From the NCBI GenBank assembly GCA_046262175.1, contig JBHENF010000256.1:1-50803 (forward strand): 50,803 nt of DNA, given 5' to 3'. Shown here one piece after another: positions 27,826 through 34,991 of the stretch; position 1 is the stretch's first letter; each line of letters begins with the position of its first letter. The notes under the pieces were generated by a model. That model was not told where the DNA came from. It saw nothing but the letters and a program-made list of their open reading frames with translations, and did no database searches. The position numbers were made by a program, and so were the translations under genes. Source of the DNA: Mycobacteriales bacterium. Lineage in GTDB: Bacteria > Actinomycetota > Actinomycetes > Mycobacteriales > SCTD01.

Positions 27826-29237
27826 GCGCACCCACGCTCGCCCCGTCGCTCTCGCCCTGCCGGCGGGGCACCGAGCTCGCACTGACCGGCTTCGCCGTGG
27901 GGCTGGCCGTCGTCGCCTACGCCGCCGTCGGGATCGCGCAGGACGGCCGGCTGCCCGCGGGCACCCTCGGCTACGGCGCCGGGCTCGGGCTGCTGTTCGG
28001 GGTCGGGCACCTGGTCGTACGCAAGTTCGCGCCGTACGCCGACCCGCTGATCCTGCCCTGCGTCGCGCTGCTCAACGGCCTGGGCCTGGTGATGATCCGG
28101 CGGCTCGACTTCGCCGCCGTCGAGCGCGCGCAGGAGCGGGGCAAGGCGCTGCCGCGGGCCGACGCGCCCCTGCAGCTGATCTGGACGGCCATCGCCGTCG
28201 CGGCCTTCGTGGCTGTCCTCGTGGTCGTGCGCGACCACACCCGGCTGGCCCGCTACACCTACACCAGCGCGGCGATCGGGTTGTTCCTGCTGCTACTGCC
28301 CGCCCTGCCCGGCGTGGGCGCGACCATCAACGGCGCGCGGCTGTGGATCCGGCTCGGGCCGATCACCGTGCAGCCCAGCGAGCCGGCCAAGATCCTGCTG
28401 ATGATCTTCTTCGCGGGCTACCTGGTGACCAAGCGGGACGTGCTCGCGCTGGCCTCCCGGCGGGTGATGGGCCTGGACCTTCCCCGTGCGCGCGACCTCG
28501 GGCCGATCCTCCTCGCCTGGGCGGCCAGCCTCGCGGTTCTCGTCCGCGAGAAGGACCTCGGCTCGTCGCTGCTGTTCTTCGGCATCTTCATCGTGATGCT
28601 CTACGTCGCGACCGAGCGCACGTCGTGGCTGCTCATCGGGCTCGCGCTGTTCGCCGGCGGCGCCTACAGCGCCTACCTGCTGTTCGGGCACGTCCGCGAA
28701 CGCGTCGACGTCTGGCTGCATCCCTTCGCGGACGCCGGCGGTGACGGCTACCAGCTCGTGCAGGGGCTGTTCGGCTTCGGCACCGGAGGCATCACCGGGA
28801 CCGGCCTCGGCAAGGGCTCGCCCGGCATCGTGCCGTTCGCGAAGACCGACTTCATCATGGCGGCCATCGGCGAGGAGCTCGGCCTGGTCGGCGTCATGGC
28901 CGTGCTGCTGGTGTTCGCCATCATCGTGGAGCGCGGCCTGCGGTCCGCGCTGTCGTGCCGCGACTCGTTCGGCAAGCTGCTCGCCACCGGGCTGTCGTTC
29001 GCCCTGGCCCTGCAGGTGTTCGTCATCGTCGGCGGCGTCACCGGGCTCATCCCGCTGACGGGCGTGACGCTGCCGTGGCTGTCGTACGGCGGCAGCTCCG
29101 TCGTCATGAACTGGGTGCTGGTCGCGCTGCTGCTGCGGATCAGCGACGCGGCCCGTCGACCCGCGCCGGCGCCGGTCGCGCCGGAGAAGGCGCGCGAGGC
29201 GCTGGCCGACGCCCCGACGACCGTGGTCCGGCGATGA
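27822..29237 (+). CDS. rodA: FtsW/RodA/SpoVE-family peptidoglycan glycosyltransferase (RodA)
   Basis: ORF 26352..29237 trimmed to GTG 27822, which sits in a GTGA overlap with the pstP stop. It is polytopic, with the SEDS signatures QPSEPAKI and TDFIMAAIGEELG. Confidence 0.9.
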   Translation: MSAPTLAPSLSPCRRGTELALTGFAVGLAVVAYAAVGIAQDGRLPAGTLGYGAGLGLLFGVGHLVVRKFAPYADPLILPCVALLNGLGLVMIRRLDFAAVERAQERGKALPRADAPLQLIWTAIAVAAFVAVLVVVRDHTRLARYTYTSAAIGLFLLLLPALPGVGATINGARLWIRLGPITVQPSEPAKILLMIFFAGYLVTKRDVLALASRRVMGLDLPRARDLGPILLAWAASLAVLVREKDLGSSLLFFGIFIVMLYVATERTSWLLIGLALFAGGAYSAYLLFGHVRERVDVWLHPFADAGGDGYQLVQGLFGFGTGGITGTGLGKGSPGIVPFAKTDFIMAAIGEELGLVGVMAVLLVFAIIVERGLRSALSCRDSFGKLLATGLSFALALQVFVIVGGVTGLIPLTGVTLPWLSYGGSSVVMNWVLVALLLRISDAARRPAPAPVAPEKAREALADAPTTVVRR

Positions 29238-30697
29238 ACAAGCCGCTGCGCCGCGTCGCCGTTGCCTGCCTGCTGCTGTTCGGGCTGCTGCTGCTCAACG
29301 TCAACTACGTGCAGGCCGTCAAGGCCGACGACTACCGCAAGGACACCCGCAACTCGCGCGCGCTGCTGCGGACGTTCGACCACGAGCGCGGCGCGATCGT
29401 GCTGTCCGGCGCCGCCCCCGTCGCGGTCGACAAGGGCACACCGAAGGAGCAGTTCAAGTTCCTGCGGACCTACCCGAACGGCAGGCTGTACGCGACCGTC
29501 ACCGGCTTCAGCTCCTTCGTCTACGGCCAGACCGGCGTCGAGCGGGCGCAGAACGCCGTGCTCTCCGGCGAGAGCGACCAGCTCCTGGTCCGCCGGCTGT
29601 CCGACTACGTCACCGGCCGCAAGCCCGAGGGCGGCCGCGTCGTGCTGACACTCCAGCAGGCGGCGCAGCGCGCGGCGTACGAAGGACTCGCCGGCAAGCG
29701 CGGCGCGGCCGTTGCGCTCGATCCGCGCACCGGCGCCGTCCTGGCCATGGTGAGCACCCCCACGTACGACCCGAACAAGCTGTCCTCCCACGACAGCAAG
29801 GCGATCCACGACTACTACGAGGGCCTGCAGAAGGACACCGGCGACCCGTTGCTCAACCGCGTCGTGCAGCAGACCTACCCGCCCGGGTCGACGTTCAAGG
29901 TCATCACCTCGGCGGCCGCGCTCAGCGAGGGCAAGGTCACGCCGGACACCCGGATCCCCTCGCCGCGCGAGCTCGACCTGCCGCAGACCGACCGCGACTT
30001 GAAGAACTTCGGCGGCGAGTCCTGCGGCGACGGCACGACGTCGACCCTCGCGGACGCGTTCCGGATCTCGTGCAACACCGCGTTCGGCCGGCTGGGCCTG
30101 GACCTCGGCGGCGACAAGCTGCGCGAGCAGGCGCAGAAGTTCGGCTTCGGCGAGACCGACCTCGAGGTGCCGGGCAAGGTCGCGAAGAGCGTGTTCCCGG
30201 ACGAGCTCACCCCGCCCCAGCAGGCGCAGTCGGCCATCGGTCAGTACGACGTGCGGGTCACGCCGCTGCAGATGGCGATGGTTGCGGCCGGCGTCGCCAA
30301 CGGCGGAAACGTGATGCGCCCGTACCTCGTGCGCGAGGTGCAGGGGCCGGACCTGTCGCGGCTCAGCGCGACCGAGCCGTCGGTCTACAAGGAGAACGCC
30401 GTCTCGCGAGAGGTGGCCGACCAGCTGACCGCCATGATGGAGCTCGTCGTGTCCTCCGGCACCGGCACGTCCGCGCAGATCCCCGGCGTGCGGGTCGCCG
30501 GCAAGACCGGCACGGCGCAGCACGCCGTGGGCGAGGATCCGCACGCCTGGTTCATCGGCTTCGCGCCGGCGGAGGACCCGCAGGTCGCCGTCGCCGTCGT
30601 CGTCGAGGACGGCGGGTCCGCAGGCTCCGAGGCCACCGGTGGTCGCGTCGCGGCGCCCATCGCCCGCGCGATGATGCGCGCGATCCTCGGCTCATGA
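29234..30697 (+). CDS. pbpA: Class B penicillin-binding protein PbpA (transpeptidase)
   Basis: ATG 29234, in an ATGA overlap with rodA. The sequence starts MNKPLRRVAVACLLLFGLLLL. Active-site motifs STFK (GSTFKVIT), SxN (SCN) and KTG (GKTGTA) are present. Confidence 0.9.
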   Translation: MNKPLRRVAVACLLLFGLLLLNVNYVQAVKADDYRKDTRNSRALLRTFDHERGAIVLSGAAPVAVDKGTPKEQFKFLRTYPNGRLYATVTGFSSFVYGQTGVERAQNAVLSGESDQLLVRRLSDYVTGRKPEGGRVVLTLQQAAQRAAYEGLAGKRGAAVALDPRTGAVLAMVSTPTYDPNKLSSHDSKAIHDYYEGLQKDTGDPLLNRVVQQTYPPGSTFKVITSAAALSEGKVTPDTRIPSPRELDLPQTDRDLKNFGGESCGDGTTSTLADAFRISCNTAFGRLGLDLGGDKLREQAQKFGFGETDLEVPGKVAKSVFPDELTPPQQAQSAIGQYDVRVTPLQMAMVAAGVANGGNVMRPYLVREVQGPDLSRLSATEPSVYKENAVSREVADQLTAMMELVVSSGTGTSAQIPGVRVAGKTGTAQHAVGEDPHAWFIGFAPAEDPQVAVAVVVEDGGSAGSEATGGRVAAPIARAMMRAILGS

Positions 30698-32241
30698 CCG
30701 CGCCGGCGGGCAGCGTCGACGGCGTGCTCGCGGGGCGGTACCGGCTCGACGAGCGCATCGCGGTCGGTGGCATGGGTGAGGTCTGGCGCGGGACCGACAC
30801 CGTGCTCGGCCGGCTGGTCGCGGTGAAGTGCCTGAAGCCGGAGTACGTCGACGACCCGGAGTTCGCCGAGCGTTTCCGCGCAGAGGCGCGGCACGCGGCC
30901 GGGCTGTCACACCCGGGCATCGCGTCCGTCTACGACTACGGCGAGCAGCGCGAGCCCGACCAGGCCGCCTGGCTGGTCATGGAGCTGGTCGACGGCGAGG
31001 CGCTGTCGACGCTGCTGCACCGGCAGGGCGCGATGACGCCGGACCAGGCGCTCGACGTCGTCGGGCAGGCGGCGATGGCTCTTGAGGCCGCGCACGCCGC
31101 CGGCGTCGTGCACCGCGACGTCAAGCCGGGCAACCTGCTCGTCCGCCCCGACGGCGTCATCAAGGTCACCGACTTCGGCATAGCCCGCGCGACGGATGCG
31201 GTTCCGCTGACGCAGACGGGCACGGTCGTCGGCACGGCGTACTACCTGTCACCGGAGCAGGCCTCGGGTTCACCGGTGACGCCGGCAAGCGACGTGTACT
31301 CGCTGGGCGTCGTCGCGTACGAGTGCCTGTCGGGGCGGCGCCCGTTCCCGGGCGACAACGCCGTCGCCGTCGCGCTCGCGCACCTGCGGGACGAGCCGCC
31401 GCCGCTGCCGCCGCACGTACCCGGCCCCGTCCGCGACCTGGTGCTGCGCGCCCTGGCGAAGGACCCGAAGCAGCGGCCGGTGCACGCCGGCGACTTCGGG
31501 CGGGCGGCGCAGGCGCTGCGCGCGGACCTGGCCGGCGAGGGAACCGTGGAGCTGCCGGTCGAGCCGCCGGCCGCCACCCGCGCGGAGCCCGCGGACGCGA
31601 CACGCGCCCTGCCGTCGCTCGTGACCGTCCCCGCCCGACGCGGCGCGGACCTCCCGGCCCCGAGCCGGAACCACCAGCGGTCCGTGCGGCTCGCGGGCGC
31701 GCTGCTCGCCGTGGTGCTGCTCGGCCTGTCGTTGCGGGCCTGCGGCGGCGACGAGCAGGTGGCGCGGGTCAAGGTTCCGGCCGTGGCTGCCGGTGCGACC
31801 GTCGAGGCCGCCACCGCCGCGCTGACCGGCGCCGGGCTCAAGGCTTCGCGCCGTACCGCGACCTCGAGCACGGTCGCCGCTGGGCTCGTCATCTCCGTCG
31901 ACCCACCCGCCGGCAGCTCCCTGGCCGAGGGCTCGGCCGTGACCCTCGTCGTGTCGAGCGGCCGGCCGAAGGTCTCCGTCGTCGCGTCGGCGTACGCGGG
32001 GAAGAGCCCGACGGCCGTACGCACGGCGCTGTCCGGGCTCGGGCTCAAGCCGGTCCTCTCCTACGACGGGAAGGGCACCCCCGCCGGTACGGTCTCCACC
32101 GTGACGCCGTCGGGTCCGGTCAGCTACGGCGGCACCGTGACGGTGCACGTCGTCCCCGTGCCGCGCGTCGTCGCACCGGCTCCCGCGCAGTCGCCGGCAC
32201 CGGCACCGGGACCGCGCAAGCGCGGCAAGGGCAAGAAGTGA
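30694..32241 (+). CDS. pknA: Ser/Thr protein kinase PknA-position paralogue with TM, two PASTA-like domains and a polybasic C-terminus
   Basis: ATG 30694, in an ATGA overlap with pbpA. Hanks kinase motifs are GMGEVW, VAVK, HRDVKPGN, DFG and SPEQ. The TM is LAGALLAVVLLGLSL. It is followed by two units of about 65 aa that resemble PASTA (…GLVISVDPPAGSSLAEGSAVTLVVSSG). Confidence 0.85.
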   Translation: MTAPAGSVDGVLAGRYRLDERIAVGGMGEVWRGTDTVLGRLVAVKCLKPEYVDDPEFAERFRAEARHAAGLSHPGIASVYDYGEQREPDQAAWLVMELVDGEALSTLLHRQGAMTPDQALDVVGQAAMALEAAHAAGVVHRDVKPGNLLVRPDGVIKVTDFGIARATDAVPLTQTGTVVGTAYYLSPEQASGSPVTPASDVYSLGVVAYECLSGRRPFPGDNAVAVALAHLRDEPPPLPPHVPGPVRDLVLRALAKDPKQRPVHAGDFGRAAQALRADLAGEGTVELPVEPPAATRAEPADATRALPSLVTVPARRGADLPAPSRNHQRSVRLAGALLAVVLLGLSLRACGGDEQVARVKVPAVAAGATVEAATAALTGAGLKASRRTATSSTVAAGLVISVDPPAGSSLAEGSAVTLVVSSGRPKVSVVASAYAGKSPTAVRTALSGLGLKPVLSYDGKGTPAGTVSTVTPSGPVSYGGTVTVHVVPVPRVVAPAPAQSPAPAPGPRKRGKGKK

Positions 32242-33956
32242 CAGATCCGACCCCGCGGCTGCTCGGCGACCGGTACGAACTCGGCGAGACCATCGGCGTC
32301 GGCGGCATGGCGGAGGTGTTCCGCGGCCTCGACGTTCGCCTCGGTCGCGACGTCGCCGTCAAGGTGCTGCGCGCGGACCTCGCGCGCGACCCGTCGTTCC
32401 AGGCCCGGTTCCGGCGCGAGGCGCAGTCCGCGGCCTCGCTGAACGCCCCGTGCATCGTCAGCGTCTACGACACGGGCGAGGAGGGCGACGTCCCGTACAT
32501 CGTCATGGAGCACGTCGAGGGCCGGACGCTGCGCGACATCCTGCAGACCGAGGGGCGGCTGCTGCCGCAGCGCGCGCTCGAGGTGGTCGCGGACGTCTGC
32601 GCCGCGCTCGACGTCGCGCACACGGCCGGCATCGTGCACCGCGACATCAAGCCCGCGAACGTCATGCTCACCCCGCGCGGCGAGGTGAAGGTCATGGACT
32701 TCGGCATCGCGCGTGCCATCTCCGACACCTCCTCGACGATGACGCAGACGGCGGCCGTCATCGGGACCGCGGCCTACCTGTCGCCGGAGCAGGCCCGCGG
32801 TGAGCACGTCGACCTGCGCTCGGACATCTACTCGACCGGCTGCATGCTCTACGAGCTGGTCACGGGCACCGCTCCCTTCACCGGTGACAGCCCCGTGGCC
32901 GTGGCGTACCAGCACGTGCGCGAGGACCCGGTGCTGCCGTCGGCGTACGACGAGACGCTGCCGCAGGCCGTCGACTCGGTGGTGCTGAAGGCGATGGCGA
33001 AGAACCCGGCCAACCGGTACCAGTCCGCCGACGAGATGCGCGAGGACCTGCTACGCGCCGCGGCCGGTCAGCCGGTGCTGGCTACGCCGTTCCTGGCCGA
33101 GACCGAGACGGTCGTCCCCGTGACCGACGGGCTACGCACCCCGCGGCGACGGCGGCGCGGACCGCTGCTGCTCCTGCTCGGCCTGCTGCTGCTCGGCATC
33201 ACCATCGGGGTTGCGCTGCTCGTACGAGGCCTGCTGACCAACGATGCCGGTCTCATCGCCGCACCCGCGCTGGTCGGCAAGACGCAGCAGGAGGCGACGC
33301 TGCTGCTCGCCAACGACGGCCTGCAGGTCGGCGAGGTGACGCAGCGGTTCGCCGAGCAGCCGGCCGGCACCGTCCTGGCGCAGAGCCCGGAGGCCGGGTT
33401 CCTCATCGGCAAGGGCGACAGCGTCGGCCTGACGGTGAGCAAGGGCATCGAGATGACGATCGTGCCGCAGGTGATCGGGCAGTCGCAGGGCGAGGCGGAG
33501 GCCGCGTTGCAGGACGCGAAGCTCACGATCGCGAAAGTGCTGCTGCGCGACGGCAACCTGCCGGAAGGCCAAGTTCTCGGCATCACCCCGGCGCCCGGGG
33601 CGCAGGTCCGCGCGAACTCGACGGTCACGGTGGTGGTCGCGTCCGGCAAGGTGCAGGTGCCGGACGTGCGCAACAAGACGCAGCAGGAGGCGATCGACGC
33701 GCTGCAGAAGCTGGGCTTCGCGGTGGGGCTCGAGCCGCGCGACGAGGCGGGCAAGCCGCCGGGGACGGTGCTCGACCAGCGGCCGGTCAACCAGCTCGCG
33801 CCGCGCGGCTCGGTGGTCGTCATCGTGATCGCGCGCAAGCCCGCGCCGTCGCCGTCCCCCTCGCCGTCACCGTCACCCGTGCCGTTCGAGAGCCTGCCGC
33901 CGAGCACCGCGCCCTCGCCGGAGCCCTCGCCCTCGCCGGTGCCCTCACCCACGTGA
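32238..33956 (+). CDS. pknB: PASTA Ser/Thr protein kinase PknB
   Basis: GTG 32238, in a GTGA overlap with pknA. Kinase motifs are GGMAEVF, VAVK, HRDIKPAN, DFG and SPEQ. The TM is LLLLLGLLLLGITIGVALLV. It is followed by three PASTA units and a Pro/Ser-rich tail. Confidence 0.9.
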   Translation: MTDPTPRLLGDRYELGETIGVGGMAEVFRGLDVRLGRDVAVKVLRADLARDPSFQARFRREAQSAASLNAPCIVSVYDTGEEGDVPYIVMEHVEGRTLRDILQTEGRLLPQRALEVVADVCAALDVAHTAGIVHRDIKPANVMLTPRGEVKVMDFGIARAISDTSSTMTQTAAVIGTAAYLSPEQARGEHVDLRSDIYSTGCMLYELVTGTAPFTGDSPVAVAYQHVREDPVLPSAYDETLPQAVDSVVLKAMAKNPANRYQSADEMREDLLRAAAGQPVLATPFLAETETVVPVTDGLRTPRRRRRGPLLLLLGLLLLGITIGVALLVRGLLTNDAGLIAAPALVGKTQQEATLLLANDGLQVGEVTQRFAEQPAGTVLAQSPEAGFLIGKGDSVGLTVSKGIEMTIVPQVIGQSQGEAEAALQDAKLTIAKVLLRDGNLPEGQVLGITPAPGAQVRANSTVTVVVASGKVQVPDVRNKTQQEAIDALQKLGFAVGLEPRDEAGKPPGTVLDQRPVNQLAPRGSVVVIVIARKPAPSPSPSPSPSPVPFESLPPSTAPSPEPSPSPVPSPT

Positions 33957-33976
33957 CCTCGGGCTGCCGCGGTTCG

Positions 33977-34069
33977 TCCCGGCGCCTTCTCTCTCCCGCT
34001 GCCGTCCCGTCCCGGCGCCTCCTGTCCCGCCGCCGCGTGGCTGCTCCCGGCGCCTCCACTCCCGTCGCG
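33977..34069. repeat. Three imperfect direct repeats (33-35 bp period) of TCCCGGCGCCTyC...TCCCG
   Basis: The units start at 33977, 34010 and 34045. Each begins with the invariant TCCCGGCGCCT. Confidence 0.7.
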
Positions 34070-34157
34070 ATCAGGTCGGGTTGTCTGCGGACGCGTCGAC
34101 GGTTTGGTGCCAGCCCGAGCTGATCCACGCGGCGGTCAACGCCCGCGCTCGTTGCGT

Positions 34158-34214
34158 GATCAGGTCGAAGCAGCTGCGGACGTGCTTGTACGGGGCGACT
34201 TCTTCGACCTGATC
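34158..34214. repeat. Perfect 13-bp inverted repeat GATCAGGTCGAAG / CTTCGACCTGATC with a 31-nt loop
   Basis: Read directly: left arm 34158-34170 and right arm 34202-34214. It lies 11 nt downstream of the trpG stop and could act as a trpG terminator, but there is no U-tract. Confidence 0.6.
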
Positions 34215-34224
34215 CAGCGGACGG

Positions 34225-34878
34225 TCAGCCGAAGGCGGCGAGGCGCTTGTCCTCGACCTGCTGCGCCAGCGCCGGCGCCCGCCCGGCCGCCGCACTGTCC
34301 CCGCACTGGCCGAGCCAGCTGGCGAGCAGGGTGTGCCCGCCCTGGGTCAGCACCGACTCGGGGTGGAACTGCACCCCCTCCACCGGCTTGTCGCGGTGCC
34401 GCAGCGCCATGACGACGCCGCCCGGGGTCCGGGCCGTGACTGCCAGCTCGGCCGGCAGCGTCGCCTCCTCGACCGCGAGCGAGTGGTACCGCGTCGCGGT
34501 GAACGGGGACGGCAGGTCGTGCAGCACGCCCGCACCGGCGTGCTCGACCTCGCTCGTCTTGCCGTGCAGTAGCTCCGGCGCCCGGCTGACCCGGGCGCCG
34601 TGAGCGACCGCGATCGCCTGGTGGCCGAGGCACACGCCGAGCAACGGCAGCCCGCGGTCCTCGCACACGCCGACCAGCTCCACCGAGCAGCCGGCGTCCT
34701 CAGGAATGCCCGGGCCGGGCGAGAGCAGGACGCCCGCCACGTCGTCGAGCTCGCGCAGGTCGACCTCGTCGTTGCGGCGCACCACGCACTCGGCGCCGAG
34801 CTGTCCGAGGTACTGCACCAGGTTGAACACGAAGCTGTCGTAGTTGTCCACGACGAGGACGCGGGTCGGGCGGGTCAC
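34225..34878 (-). CDS. trpG: Anthranilate/aminodeoxychorismate synthase component II (class I glutamine amidotransferase)
   Basis: This is the C-terminal part of ORF 34225..35886. It starts at GTG comp. 34876-34878, giving (M)TRPTRVLVVDNYDSFVFNLVQYLG. The catalytic sequences are GVCLGHQ and VQFHPESV. It is the positional equivalent of Rv0013. Confidence 0.85.
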   Translation of the reverse strand: MTRPTRVLVVDNYDSFVFNLVQYLGQLGAECVVRRNDEVDLRELDDVAGVLLSPGPGIPEDAGCSVELVGVCEDRGLPLLGVCLGHQAIAVAHGARVSRAPELLHGKTSEVEHAGAGVLHDLPSPFTATRYHSLAVEEATLPAELAVTARTPGGVVMALRHRDKPVEGVQFHPESVLTQGGHTLLASWLGQCGDSAAAGRAPALAQQVEDKRLAAFG

Positions 34879-34906
34879 GAGGACCACCGTACGGCGCAGC
34901 AACCGG

Positions 34907-34952
34907 CTTGCCACCGGGGCAACATCTCGCCAGATGTTGCCGGGGTGGCAAC
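34907..34952. repeat. 46-bp bipartite palindromic element, copy D (CTTGCCACCGGGGCAAC-N12-GTTGCCGGGGTGGCAAC)
   Basis: Read directly, in a 29-bp register. The whole unit is itself nearly palindromic. It lies 28 nt upstream of the trpG start and 39 nt downstream of the acyl-CoA ligase stop. Confidence 0.85.
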
Positions 34953-34991
34953 GGGCTCGACGCGCAGCTGACCCCGCGTGGTGCGCGGCGG

